Part shown: positions 29,350 to 43,403 of the stretch, piece by piece
Numbering within the stretch: the stretch's first letter is position 1
How the letters are laid out: the number at the start of each line of letters is the position of its first letter
Made by a program: the position numbers and the translations under genes
Notes under the pieces: generated by a model
Databases searched by the model: none
The model's input: the letters and a program-made list of their open reading frames with translations, nothing else
Told to the model about the DNA's origin: nothing
DNA from: Eledone cirrhosa
Taxonomy: Eukaryota
Length of the DNA stretch: 64,000 bases
Direction of reading: 5' to 3'
NCBI GenBank assembly: GCA_964016885.1
Contig: OZ024748.1
Span: 19,902,001-19,966,000, forward strand

Positions 29350-30480
29350 ATATAAACAAATACACCGACGCTAGAGACCGAGACACACACACCACACATT
29401 TCCTGGAAGTACTCAAACTGAACGGATACACGACATCCACCACAAACCGTGCCAGAAATAACAGAGGACACCACACCCGAGGCACTAACACTTGCTTCCT
29501 GAAGCTCCCACACTTCAGTGAAGAAACAACAACAGCCATCCGCAGAGCCATCAGACGAGAGGGACTAGATATCCAACTGGCCCACTCAGGTCCTTCTCTA
29601 TGCGGACAGCTAACCAAAAGACACTCCACCAGACATGACAACTGCTGCAGACTAGCCAACAGCCCCATCAACGACACAGACCTATGCCACTAGGCTTACG
29701 TCGTATACAGACTAGAGTGTGACAAATGCAACAACTTCTACGTAGGTAGCACCACCAGACCACTCCACATAAGAATAAAAGAACACCTCAATACTAACGC
29801 TTCCTCATTTAAGAAACACCTAGTTAAATGCAAAAACACCGACAAAACCATAACAGTTAGGATAGAAACTAAGGAAAGAAACCTCGGCAATCTTAGAATT
29901 AAGGAAGCACTAATTATAGATAAAACACAACCACCAATCAATAATAGACTAGAACTCAACACCCAATTTATAACCTGATAGGGCTTCTAGCCCCATATTT
30001 ACACACACCCCCCACACACACGCTTACACCTCCACTTATTCTCTCTCACCCATACACACACAAAACCAGTTCTAACACCAGATAACACCTATCCCCCACA
30101 TTTACGAATAGACTTATCTTCTCACACTCACACACACACACTCACATACTTACACCTTCATGCATTCTCCCACACACTTAAACAGGCATGTATATAAAAA
30201 AAATAAAAAACCCTAAACAAACCCCTTTTAAAGGGAGACTACTCTTATCCATCTAATTTTAACTCTTTGACATTAGAGATAGAACAGATACTCTATACTA
30301 TTTCCTGTCAGCATGGCTTGGCAAGATATTTAGAAGGCTGGTTTGAGACCTTTATTTCCCTCTGAAGAAGAGATATTATCTCGAAAATTAAGGACATTTA
30401 AATAAATCTAAGGTAAAAGACGATTTGTCAACAATATCTTTTGCAATTGTATTCTTTTTTCTATGTCCATACCTGCATTG
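29350..30480 (+). mobile_element. 5'-truncated Penelope-like element: RT thumb/linker + GIY-YIG endonuclease + 3' non-coding region
   Basis: Frame reads ..LKLNGY..FLKLPHFSEE..DLCH*AYVVYRLECDKCNNFYVGSTTRPLHIRIKEH..LRIKEALII..PPINNR..* (internal TAG 29691-29693, final TGA 29976-29978); flanked by (TA)n. Confidence 0.88.
30359..30393 (+). ncRNA. Minimal hammerhead motif in Penelope 3' region
   Basis: cct-CTGAAGA-a-gagata/t/tatctc-GAA-AATT-A-agg; stem I only 3 bp, loopless palindromic stem III. Confidence 0.55.
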
Positions 30481-30500
30481 TTTTGGCTTTATTATATATA

Positions 30501-30548
<48 letters not shown>

Positions 30549-31084
30549 GTTTAGTGAAGTAATTCCCATCCCTGCTATATATAATGGTGATTCTTTGTTT
30601 ACGGTAACTCATTCACTTTCGGCGTATATATAGTGTGAAGTTTATATAATGTATGGTGTATCTATTGTTTAGATGTCTAGTGTAATATATATAATTGTTT
30701 CTACTTTAGGCACAAGGCTAGCAATTACCCCAGTGTATTACTGGTACTTTATTTTATCGACCCCGTAAGGATGAAAGGCAAAGTCAACCTCGGCGGGATT
30801 TGAACTCAGATCGTAAATGGACGTAACTACGCTGGAAAGCATGTCTAACCCTCTACCGATACTTCCAATTCACCGTCAGGTGTATATAATGTCAAGTTAC
30901 ATTGTGTAATGTCAGTGGCTGTTTGAAAAAAACCTATTGACAGATATATTTCAAAAATGGTTCAATAGAATTGAATATATCGATAACTGTATTCTGTATC
31001 ATAGTTATTGAATAATTTCCTTTCAAGATGAAGGATTAGATCGATTTCGTTATACATACATAAATATTATACATATATATGTAA

Positions 31085-31164
<80 letters not shown>

Positions 31165-31413
31165 GAGTGTGTGTGTGTGTGTTTATATGTCTTTCGAAAT
31201 CAATCGAATCTATCGTTTTGGAAAAATTATACTTACACATACACATTCATGCATATATGCGTATGTATATATATATATATATTTATATATATTAGGAAGA
31301 GAGGCTTAGCTCTGTTTCTCGACCGTTATATCGCGTGACTATCTCCCCCTCCGCCTTTTGGGATTCTTTCTCACGTCGTGTAGACGCGTTCTTGAGACTA
31401 GTAAAATGAGGTA

Positions 31414-31501
31414 TCCTCTTGATAAGTCGGCAGACCTCGCAAGGACTCTATATCTTTGATATATTGTTTTTGTTTATGCCACGAAACTACGTAGTCGAGG
31501 A
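31414..31501 (+). ncRNA. Hammerhead motif, U3-A8 core variant (tandem copy 1)
   Basis: tcctc-TTGATAA-gtcggca..tgccac-GAA-ACTACGTAGT-C-gagga; GUC triplet. Confidence 0.78.
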
Positions 31502-32004
31502 ATTTAGGAGCAGTTTAGGTATGATACATTTTATTACTAATTATATCTAAATGTTTCTTCTCTCTTCATAATGTATTTTTAACTCTGATACTGGTTCAGT
31601 CTGGTTCAAACTGAATTGGTCTGTCCCAGTCATTCATTGAGCAACATCGGTGAAGTTGGCACCCTTAACTCACAGTTGGGTGCGGATGCATTCATGTATA
31701 TATGTGTGTGTCCGCATGTATCTGTGTGTTTCTAAATATATTAATAACTCCCTCTGGTCGAGCAATCTTTGAGGTGTGGGGACAACTGGAAAGCTTCCAT
31801 TACTCATACTTCTCGCCTTCTTCACTACCTCTTCTGCGGCCTCGATATGAATACCCCCTCCGCCTCCGTGGTATTTTCTTCGTGGTTATAAGAGGCTTAG
31901 CTTTGTTTCTCGACCGTTATATCGCGTGACTATCTCCCCCTCCGCCTTTTGGGATTCTTTCTCACGTCGTGTAGACGCGTTCTTGAGACTAGTAAAATGA
32001 GGTA

Positions 32005-32092
32005 TCCTCTTGATAAGTCGGCAGACCTCGCAAGGACTCTATATCTTTGATATATTGTTTTTGTTTATGCCACGAAACTACGTAGTCGAGGA
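32005..32092 (+). ncRNA. Hammerhead motif, U3-A8 core variant (tandem copy 2)
   Basis: Same sequence as 31414-31501, 591 bp downstream. Confidence 0.78.
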
Positions 32093-32365
32093 ATTTAGGA
32101 GCAGTTTAGGTATGATACATTTTATTACTAATTATATCTAAATGTTTCTTCTCTCTTCATAATGTATTTTTAACTCTGATACTGGTTCAGTCTGGTTCAA
32201 ACTGAATTGGTCTGTCCCAGTCATTCATTGAGCAACATCGGTGAAGTTGGCACCCTTAACTCACAGTTGGGTGCGGATGCATTCATGTATATATGTGTGT
32301 GTCCGCATGTATCTGTGTGTTTCTAAATATATATTTATATATATATATATGTATATATATATATT

Positions 32366-32435
<70 letters not shown>

Positions 32436-32468
32436 CACATAAATATATATATATATATATATGTATAT

Positions 32469-32509
<41 letters not shown>

Positions 32510-32838
32510 CACATATATATATATATGTATATACATTTATATATACAAATATATGTATATATATATATGTATATACATATATATGTATGTATATATATAT
32601 ATGTTTATACATATATATATATTCATATGTATGAATATACATATATATATGTATGTATATATATATATATATATATGTACATACATATATATACATATGT
32701 ATATATATGTATGTATATATATATATATGTACATACATATATATACATATGTATATATATGTATGTATATACATATATGTATGTATGTATATATATATAT
32801 ATATGTATACATAAGTGTAATATATATGTATATATATG

Positions 32839-32892
<54 letters not shown>

Positions 32893-32956
32893 TACATATA
32901 TAATACACATATGTATACATATATATATATATACATCTGTATATACACACACACAT

Positions 32957-33012
<56 letters not shown>

Positions 33013-33442
33013 ATATACATATATATACGTATGTGTGTGTGTAAACATAGATATTGCAATTGTTCTATTTGTTTAGAAGTAAAACATCCTAAGTTGTTTA
33101 TTTAACTAGTTTATTGTTTGTCTGTTAATTTTAATATTGTTTGTTTGTTTGTAGAGAGGTTTCGCCATTTCTAACTCTAGCAAACTTAAGTGTGTTTTGA
33201 TAGACGTAAAGAAAAGATATACACGAAAAATTATCGATAGCTACAATTCGATTATCTATTGTTGTAGAAAAAATTAAATTCACTATACAATTACATTTGG
33301 TTTTCCTTTAAATAAATACACACACAGTTATTCCGGGTATATATATATATATATATATATATAGTTATTCCGGGTTCAATCGGGGTAACCACCGTAAGTA
33401 AGGTACTCAATACATAGCAGAGTATAACTGTTTAATATAGAA

Positions 33443-33542
33443 AAGCTCCTACAGGACTAGAACTGTTTCATTCGTGAGAAATCATCAGGAAGCTTCCTGA
33501 TGATTTCTCCCGAATGAAACAGCTCTTGTCCTGTAGAAGCTT
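33443..33542. ncRNA. Two head-to-head hammerhead motifs (family A) sharing palindrome GAAGCTTC
   Basis: Plus 33490-33542: aagcttc-CTGATGA-tttc tccc gaat-GAA-ACAG..CTGT-A-gaagctt. Minus 33443-33495: aagcttc-CTGATGA-tttc tcac gaat-GAA-ACAG..CTGT-A-ggagctt. Confidence 0.82.
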
Positions 33543-33816
33543 TTCTATATTAAAAAAAATATATATATATATATTAAATAGTTTAAGCAAAGAATCGCAG
33601 CTTTCACCGTTAACGGGATCTTCTTCGCTGGATTGGCAGTATCGGTAGAGTGTCGGACGCATGCTTTGACGCATAGAGTTACGGCCCTTGCCATTCTGAG
33701 TTCAAATCCCGCTGAGGTTCACTTTGCTTTTCATCCTTACGGGGTCGATAAAAGAAAGTACCAGTTATGCACTGGGTAATTGCTGGCCTTGTGCCATGAG
33801 CAGAAACAATTATTAT

Positions 33817-33866
<50 letters not shown>

Positions 33867-34008
33867 TTCGGCGACTGTCAGCTATCGATATAACACCATA
33901 TTTGTAGGCTGTCCCCGAATCGAATTTTGTATTTACTCTTTTCTCTATCTCCTATCTTCCATTCTATGTTTAAGTTCAACGTAATCCCGTTACATAATGC
34001 TGTAGATG

Positions 34009-34080
34009 ACACCTGATGAGATCGCCGAGCTTTGATTCCTAACTGGATGATGGTGCTGGGCCATCGAAATATGTATAGCG
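34009..34080 (+). ncRNA. Degenerate hammerhead motif
   Basis: CTGATGA-gatcgccgagc..gctgggccatc-GAA-ATATGTAT-A; stem I poor. Confidence 0.5.
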
Positions 34081-36120
34081 GTTTCACGGAATTAAAATTC
34101 TAAAATTAAGTTTCCTGTCAGGCCTTAATGAATACTTTACTCCGTTCCTACACCAACCACTGGATACCACATCTGCGATGGATCATTTGCATAACGTTTA
34201 ACGCTCTAATCAATTTGTTGCATCATTGTTTCCCAACCAGAGCCAGCAGTTCTACTCATTGGTAAACAACCAAACATGAATAATATATATATATATATAT
34301 AAGAATAAACAGGCTGTGTAGTTGCTAGATAAGTAATACTTATAATAAGAGGAAAGCAAGAACATTTTCTCCCGTTCTTGCTTTCCTCTTTTTATAAGTA
34401 TATATATATATATATATACACACATATATGCGTGTGTATGTGTGTGTGAGTTTGTATATGTATGTATTTATGTATGTATATATAAGTATGTATGTATGTA
34501 TGTGTATTGCTTTGTTACCCTTTTCATACATAGTGTATTACTGCCGGCATTAAAATAGAAAATAATTTTGTCAGTTGCCGCTGGGTGGATAGGAACCCTG
34601 CAACTCTTCGGTTATCAACCGAAGTATTCACAATGAAAAAAAAACCCCCAAAACCAGTAGGTGACACAACGTAGGGTGACCATGATAAATAAAATGGAAA
34701 TAGAATAAATATGGATTAAATAGCCTTACCAACCAGTATTTAGTCGAGCGTGGTAAGTACGGCTACATCCCTGAAAATATGACCGAAACCAAAAAACGGT
34801 GGAAGTCAACCCGGATGTGGGGTTGACTTCCAACAACAGATAGAAGAAGTCCAGATTAAATTGGATTTACAAGGTGACGATAAGATAAAGATATGTAAAA
34901 CATTGAGATAGATCAACAAGATCCTAGATGTCATTCGTTTGTTAAGTGGTGTGGAACCCGTCAAACCAAACCAAAGAAACGTCGTGAAAAAAAGAAATCT
35001 TCCATAAAGATTGTTAAATTCTAAACCTACAAATACAAAATTAAGCAATAAGAAAAAGGGGAAGGAGTAAAGTAGGGCAGATCTGGCTGTGTGAGAAAGT
35101 AGAGGAAAAGACTATAAATGACATAAATGAGAAGAAAAGGAAGGAAAAAACAAGGACTTTCAGGCCACAGAAGAAAGGGAGGGGGGAAGGCGAGAGAGTG
35201 ATGGGCTCTGGGGCCTAAAGCGGGGTGGTGTTTGGGCTGTGTCGTGCACAATACGGCAAAGGCATAAATTAAATTGAATATGTCTATAGTTTACATAAAT
35301 AGACGTAAACCTAAGCAGTAAGTAACTATAAATAACTCTAAATATAATGGTAGAAATATAATAAGAATGAAGAAACCGCTATGAATGATATTAAAATACA
35401 GCCATTTTGTCTCTAATGCTTTTAAGTAATAGTTTGATGGTTTACAACGGAAACCAGCCCCCAGTTGGTAACTTAGAGGATATATTCAAGTAGACAGAAC
35501 GAGAGAATGAAAGGACATGACAACCTTTCATTGGTTGATTCATGCTGCTACTGTTAGTCATTCTCTCTCTATATATAAATACATATGTATATATACATTC
35601 AAACACACACACACACGCGGATATGTGTATATATATACACATAAATATACTTGTACATATATATATATATCGCGTTATATACGGATATTCAAATAGATTT
35701 CTTAAATGTCTTCCATATAAACAGCAGAGGACACTACAGGTGGCTTCCTTCCTACTTAGCTGTCACAACAGCATGTCTTTCCGTTTGAAGAAAGGCGAGG
35801 TTAATCCCATGTTTACCGCCTGTAATGTCGTCACCACCACCTACTACTACTACTGCTGCTGTTACTACTACTACTACTACTACTACTACTACCTAGTGTT
35901 GTCTTGGGCAAGTTCATTCATTCACCAAGGCCTAGCGCTTTCATTAAGGCTAACTAGGTAGCCGATTATAGCGTAGACCTCAAACTTTGCCTTTCATCCT
36001 TACGGGGTCGATAAAATAAAGTACCAGTAATACACTGGTTAATTGCTGGCCTTGTGCCTAACGTAGAAACAATTACTGAACTTTAAAGGATCAATGTATT
36101 ATACAAATCTCCCCCCCCCC

Positions 36121-36168
<48 letters not shown>

Positions 36169-36319
36169 ATTTATTTATTTCACGTTGCTCCTTCTACCTG
36201 GAGTTGCGACCGATAGATAGTATTAGCAATTCGAAAGACCAATGGAAACATTGTTTCCTCGGTCCGATTTGACGAAAGTCGATCGACTGTCGATATATAT
36301 ATATATATGTATGCACACT

Positions 36320-36350
<31 letters not shown>

Positions 36351-36434
36351 TGAAAAACCTTACCTCAACACTTAATTTTAAATCTTTAATTTTTAGGTTT
36401 CAATCCTTATTAATTCTTTTTAATCGTAATACTC

Positions 36435-36481
36435 AACATTTGATAAGATGAATTTACTAATACATCGAAACCGGTAATACT
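36435..36481 (+). ncRNA. Minimal hammerhead motif, U3-A8 variant, decayed stem I
   Basis: TTGATAA-gatg..catc-GAA-ACCGGT-A. Confidence 0.6.
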
Positions 36482-36643
36482 TTATATAACTCTTTTTTTA
36501 AAAAGAATTGTCCCTCTCATTTTTTCAATAATGCCACTTTGACGAATCAAAGAAAGGAAAAAAAAAAAGAAAAACAGACCCTTGAATATATTTTCCGTGC
36601 TATTTCCAATTTCACCTTCTCTCTTTGTCTCTCTCTCTCTCTA

Positions 36644-36674
<31 letters not shown>

Positions 36675-36917
36675 CTCTACATACATGCATGCATACATAC
36701 ATACATACATACATATTGCCAAGAGTTTCTGAAGAAAAGATCAAGGGAAAAAAAGCGCTCTATGTAACGTGCATGTCCAAAATATATTACATGAATAAGA
36801 TCTTAACATGCATCTGAAGATAATTAAACTAACAGATATAGAATATCTATGTCATGTACTGGTTGGAGTTTGAAACCTTAGGTAGCATGCATTGTGTTGA
36901 GATTGTATTCTATATAT

Positions 36918-37190
36918 AGAGAGAGCTGTACGGGAGCCTCCCAAAAGTCAGCTCGAGAGTATCACAGAGGAACTGAGGTTAGCTGGACATGCTCACCAGC
37001 ATCCAGAGTTGACACTGCACTCAGTGCTCCTGTGGGAGTCCCTGCATGGACACACTGGAAGAGGAAGAGCGAGGTTAACATATGTTCATGCCCTAAGGAC
37101 AGACACTGGTCTCTTGGAGACGCAGGACATGGCAGCGATAATGAGGGACAGAGACCACTGGAGAGATCTCGAGAGTTTTACCCGCCCTAG
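36918..37190 (+). mobile_element. 3' fragment of RTE-type LINE
   Basis: ..VLLWESLHGHTGRGRARLTYVHALRTDTGL..IMRDRDHWR resembles the RTE C-terminus. Confidence 0.65.
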
Positions 37191-37332
37191 ACACACACAT
37201 ATATATATTGGAAAAAGTATGACCCCGACGACGGCAGAGCTCAAGCCGTTACGACGGCTATTTCTGGACTCTACTACCCTAAGTATTGAGTACTCTGGTG
37301 CGTTATGGTCCATCCTTACCACAATTCCTTCG

Positions 37333-37399
<67 letters not shown>

Positions 37400-38688
37400 A
37401 GGAAAAGAAATCGAAAATGCAACTGGATACTTTTTAAGAATATTTATTCATTTCCTTTACCGGTTTCACAGTACTTATGCTTTTCAAAAGTATAATTGAG
37501 ATGGAGGGTTTGTGGTTTGCCCGCACAATTATAATTTTGAAAAGCATAACAACTATGAAACCGGTAAAGGAAATAAATAAATAAAAAGTCCCCAGTTGCA
37601 CTTTCGAATCTTTTCCTTATACTTTCACCCGTGTAGAACATCTTTTTTTTATTTAAAAAAAAAACCCCTCATTTTCTTATATATATATGTATATATTCAT
37701 TTATTATGGCTAAATAGTGAGTCTTGTTACTCTGAGTTTTCACCAGCACACCCACAAGGTCGTCACAAGACTCACCGTTTAACCATAATAAAACGAATAT
37801 TCAAACTGTACTTCGGTATTGAGTATTCTTTTCTCACGTCTTTCACCTACGTACGGATATATATATAATATATATATATATATAATATACATACATACCT
37901 ATATATATATAATATACATATATATATATATATAATATACATACATATATATATATATATATATAATATACATACATACATATATATATATATAATATAC
38001 ATAGATACATATATATATATATAATATACATAGATACATATATATAATATACATACATACATATATATATATAATATACATACATATATATATATATAAT
38101 ATACATACATACATATATATATACATACATACATATATATAGATAATATACATACATATATATATATAATATACATACATATATATATATAATATACATA
38201 CATACATATATATATATATAATATACATACATATATATATATATAATATACATACATATATATATATATAATATATATACATACATATACATACATACAT
38301 ATACATATATATATACACACTCACACACACAGACGTTAAGTAATTGTGAATATTTTCATAATCAATATTATTCTACGTGTATTGATAGATAATTTCATAG
38401 TTATATTCTTTCAAGAAACCATTATTGGTTCTTGTTTCTTTTCAATTGCATTGTCCCCCCTCTCCACAAGTCTACAAAATATTAGTGTATGTAAATGTTT
38501 ATATCTATGTGCCTGTATATGTGTCTCCTCTTTGTTTAGCAATAATGGGTCTCTTCTATCAAAATATACAAACATCGTTTAAAGCTAATCAGACTGTTTA
38601 TTCTATATTATTGTAATTTTGTAAATTAAATATATGCATAATGTAGCACACCTTATATATTTAACCCACATATCTCTAGAACTACAAC

Positions 38689-38752
<64 letters not shown>

Positions 38753-39034
38753 TGTCTATATATATATATCTTGTCTATATTTATATATATCTTGTCTATA
38801 TTTATATATATCTTGTCTATATATATATATATCTTGTCTATATATATATATATCTTCTATATATATATCTTGTATATATATATATATATATATCTTGTCT
38901 ATATATATATCTTCTATATATATATCTTGTATATATATATATATATATCTTGTCTATATATATATATATATATATCGTATAAATATATATATATCATGTC
39001 TATATATATATATATCTTCTATATATATATATCT

Positions 39035-39110
<76 letters not shown>

Positions 39111-39168
39111 TGTATATATATATACACGTAGATATATATATATGAACATATATATATATATATATATA

Positions 39169-39323
39169 TAGTGAAATTCCGTTATAACGAAATTCACGGG
39201 GTATAAAATAAATTCGTTATAACCAGAATGACCTAGTACATCGAACGTGTGCCCGGGGATCGAAAAAATTTCGTTATACTGAAAAATGTGATAATGGTAT
39301 TCGTTATAACGGAATTTTACGTG
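39169..39323. mobile_element. pogo/Tigger-like MITE
   Basis: TIR gtgaaattccgttataacgaa / ttcgttataacggaattttac in TA context. Confidence 0.65.
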
Positions 39324-40361
39324 CATATATATATATTAGCTTTGACTTTCATCTTTACGGGGTCGATAAAATAAAGTACCAGTAATGTACTGGAGGCCAT
39401 TCAATCAACTTTCTCCTCCCCAAATGTTGGCCTTGTGCCTAAATCAGAAACCATTCCATTTAAAACATATTTTATCTAGGTTCATTTATTTCTTGACTAA
39501 GTACAATTCTAACTGAAATTTAAACCGAAATCTGTCTTCACTTTTGTCAATTCTGTAGTTTAATCTATACAAAAAATCGAAATTGTTGAAACCTAGAACT
39601 GTGATTGTTGATTTCTTACAAAGATACGACATTTCAGAGTTATAAAAGAAAAAGAAAATAAAGATAAAATAAAAATAAAAATAATATATAATAAAATCGA
39701 AATAAAATCAAAAATAAAAATAAAATAACAAATAAATAAAATGAAATAAAATAAAATAGAAAATAAAAGTAATTAACCAAAAATATATTCTTTAATTCCT
39801 TGAAAGTCTTTAAGTGACAGTTCTGAATTTCCTCAATTTGATGGCGTCAAGTAGATGAGATAAATCTTTTCTGGTTAAAGTATCTCATCTGTATATCTCA
39901 TGAGGTAACATTCTTAAGACATATCTCTATATCTTAAGAAGAAGGTACAATTCCCAGACGTTCGGTTGCTATCGTTTCCTCAACAACCAGGTGAGATACC
40001 TGAAACATGAAGTTTATAACAGAAGAGCCATACATCACTGGTAAAATATCAGCACAAAACTTAACAGTACTTTCTCAAATACTCGATACATTTATTTTAT
40101 TATCTCATCTCAGAAAAGGGGATAAAAAGGAGATTCTGTGATGTTCATGCCTTTCCCAAAGACTCCTCTTCCTCCTGTATACACAAAGACATACATACAC
40201 ACACACACACACACATACAAAGATAACACACACACAAAGACATACATGCACATAGTTCGTGAATTTTAAATTGCAAATTTTATGTAAAAATGTCATGTAA
40301 AAAAATGCAAAACATTGAATTTTATTTTTTCTGCTTTTGTAGCTATATATATATATATATA

Positions 40362-40710
40362 TGGAGGCACATGGCTTAGTGGTTAGAGCATTGGCCTTGC
40401 AATCGAAAGGTTGTGAGTTCAATTCTCAGACCGGGTAATGTGTTGTTTCCTTGAGCAAGACACTTTATTTCACATTGCTCCAGTTTACTCAGCTGTAGAA
40501 ATGAGATGATAGGGACTGGGGTCCCTATCATTCCACTGCAAAGTGGTCGTGGAGGCGCCACGGCAAAAAAACCACCCAGCACTCACTGTAAATGAGGTTG
40601 GTGTTAGGAAGGGCATCCAGCTGTAGAAATCAAGCCAGAATCAGTTCCCGTCCCCCTCCCCCCTTGCAAGCAGGGAAAAGCGGACGTAAAATGAAAAAAT
40701 GAAATGAAAT
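40362..40710 (+). mobile_element. tRNA-derived SINE family II, full length
   Basis: tggcttagtggttagag..gagttcaattc..ccttgagcaagacactt..aggaagggcatccagc..ggacgtaaaatga tail. Copies at 53451-53740(+), 62437-62771(-); same head at 14425-14552(-), 42680-42957(-), 43403-43550(+), 52780-52920(+), 59660-59780(-). Confidence 0.85.
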
Positions 40711-40758
40711 GAATATATATATGTATATGTGTGTGTGTATATATATATCCAAACATAT

Positions 40759-40797
<39 letters not shown>

Positions 40798-41131
40798 CAT
40801 ATATACATATATACATAAGGAGGCAAATTGACAAAGTCTTTAAGACATTGGATAGAATTCTTTATGGCATTCCTCCCACCTCATTGCCTGCTCTGGGGTA
40901 AAATCCTGCTGTGGTCAACATTGGCCTTCATCCTTTGAAGGTTGATGAAAAAAGTACCAGTCCAGTACTGGGGTCGATTCTTCCTCTATAGAAAAATTCT
41001 GCTGTGTTCAGACTTGGAGAGGGCTGGGCTCTGCCAGGTTTAAATGTGCCCTAGATACACAGTATCATAGTGCCTCTACAACTCCACAAGGAGTTATGGT
41101 ATCTTTATCCTTTTTATATATATATACATAC

Positions 41132-41169
<38 letters not shown>

Positions 41170-41552
41170 GTCTAACCCATGCTAGCGTGGAAGATGGACG
41201 TTAAACGATGATGATATATATTTAGAAAGTAGTATGTTATTTGAAGGTTACGACAATGCAATATAAATGGTCATTTTATATATATATGTGCATGTATGTA
41301 TATATATATATATATATATGAGGGTTGGCATGAAAAGTTCATAGGCTGACCAAAGTACTCTCATGGAATGACCAAATGAGGTTTATTTTTCAACATAGTC
41401 CCTGGAAAAAAACAATGCATTTATTAATAAGAAGAGTTGACTCTAATGCATGCAGGGTTTCATAGCTCTAGCATTACTCCATCATAATCACCCTAAGAAT
41501 TTACAGCCTTCCCTTGTAATTATTTACCTTCATACACAGAACAAGAACGTTG

Positions 41553-41733
41553 TACCTTGGGTTTCAAGGCCCAGTTATGGCCATCACTCCAGACTGTGCA
41601 TGATAGTGCAGATTGCATGGAGAAATGATCAAAACTAGGACCAAGGTATCAGGCACTGTGACCAGGTCAGCATTCTGCACTACCAATCACAGTCTTGGGA
41701 GATGGCCATAACTGGGCCTTGAAACCTAAGGTA
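41553..41733. repeat. Inverted repeat with HHR 3' half
   Basis: taccttgggtttcaaggcccagttatggccatc.. / ..gatggccataactgggccttGAAACCTAAGGTA. Confidence 0.65.
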
Positions 41734-42153
41734 GTGCTTTCTTTTTGATGATAATAACAACAACAATAAAAGTAATAATAATGAATTCTTTAATAATAAT
41801 GATAATATTAACAATGGTAATATTTGGAATCATTGTAGAAGGAATTAATGGCAGAGGAATGTATTTGTATTTCAATACTCTTAATTTTGTTTCAGAGACA
41901 AATTTCAGTAAATATTGAAGTTTTAATTATATTATTTAAGTGGATTGGCAGTATCGGTAGAGTATCAGAAAACCATGCTTGGCAGCATAGAGTTATAGCC
42001 CTTTACATTCTGAGTTCAAATCCTGCCGAGGTTAGCTTTGCTTTTCATCCTTATGAGGTCGATAAAATAAAGCACCAGTGTTGAGGTTGATTTAATCGAT
42101 TTTCCACTCCCACTTAAAATTGTTGGCAATTTGCCTAAAACAGAAACAATTAT

Positions 42154-42319
42154 TTACCTATTTCCCGGCATCGAAGATGCTACTTTTTTCCTAAAATAAG
42201 TCTCAAAAATCTACCATGCGTCCTGGAGGCTGAAGATTGTTTATTATTTATTTTCAAATTGTCAAAATTAGGGTGCGTCTTCGAGGACGAAGCATTTTTG
42301 GGGCCGGGAAATACGGTAA
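42154..42319. mobile_element. Tc1/mariner-superfamily MITE
   Basis: TIR ttacc(g)tatttcccggc / gccgggaaatacggtaa. Confidence 0.65.
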
Positions 42320-42960
42320 GTAGGTATAACTACTTAGAAATTAGAGTGACTGTGAGGTTGTGCTGTTCATTCATCTCAGTGTAAAGATAAACCATTTTTT
42401 TCTAGACTCACTGGAATGTCTCATTGATATTTAAAGGTTTCTTCCATAGGTAGACAACGTAAGGTTTATAACTGGGTGAGGTGAGAGTGTGTGATGTTGA
42501 TGCCCTTCTCTAATGGAATTACCAACAAAAGGCAAACAAGGAAAGACTGATTGGTTATATATATATCAAAAAGAGTCAGGGCCCCAACTCTTTCTAATAT
42601 AGTCACACTCTACTATCCCGAGTACTGAGTATTCTGTTGAATAATGGTTTAATCCTGATATATATATATATAATAAAGTCTAAAGTCTGTCTTAAGCCAG
42701 AAGGCTCATTTGGCCAGTGCTTATCCTGGTTTTATGACGTGAAGCCACTGAGAGTACATGACTCCCCTCTTGACAAGACACCAGTCCATCGCAGGGTCAA
42801 ACCCCCAGCTATTGCTGGTACCCATTTTCAGCTGAGTATACTGGAGCAATGTGAAATGAAGTGTTTTGCTCAAGAACACAACACGTAATCCAGGAATCGA
42901 ACCCCCAACATTACCATCATAAGTCCAGCACCCTTACCACTAAGCCACGTGCCTCCACTG

Positions 42961-42995
<35 letters not shown>

Positions 42996-43011
42996 TATCT
43001 TGATGATGATG

Positions 43012-43049
<38 letters not shown>

Positions 43050-43289
43050 CGAAGGAAATGTGGTAAGGAACCAGGTGGACCATAACGCACCAAAGTACTC
43101 AATACTTGGGGTAGTAGAGTGGGTAATAGGAACCAGTAAGACCCCGACGGCTGAGCTCAAGCCGTTTCGACGGCTAATTCTGGACTGAATTAGCCGTCCA
43201 GAATTAGCCGTCGAAACGGCTTGAGCTCAGCCGTCGGGGTCTTACTGGTTCCTATATATATATATATATATGATGATGATTATATATAC

Positions 43290-43337
<48 letters not shown>

Positions 43338-43357
43338 ATATCATCATCATCATGATA

Positions 43358-43403
<46 letters not shown>

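Larger units (their letters stand above)
31300..32331 (+). repeat. Partial tandem (~1.75 units) of a 591 bp HHR-bearing unit
   Basis: 31300-31740 is nearly identical to 31891-32331; (TA)n flanks. Confidence 0.88.

Noticed and set aside
34560-34625. tRNA-like anticodon and T arms on the minus strand
   Set aside because: No acceptor stem or D arm; more likely a SINE head remnant than a tRNA gene.
40362-40435. tRNA gene at SINE heads (also 53451, 806)
   Set aside because: A/B boxes run directly into SINE body and tail; multiple diverged copies.
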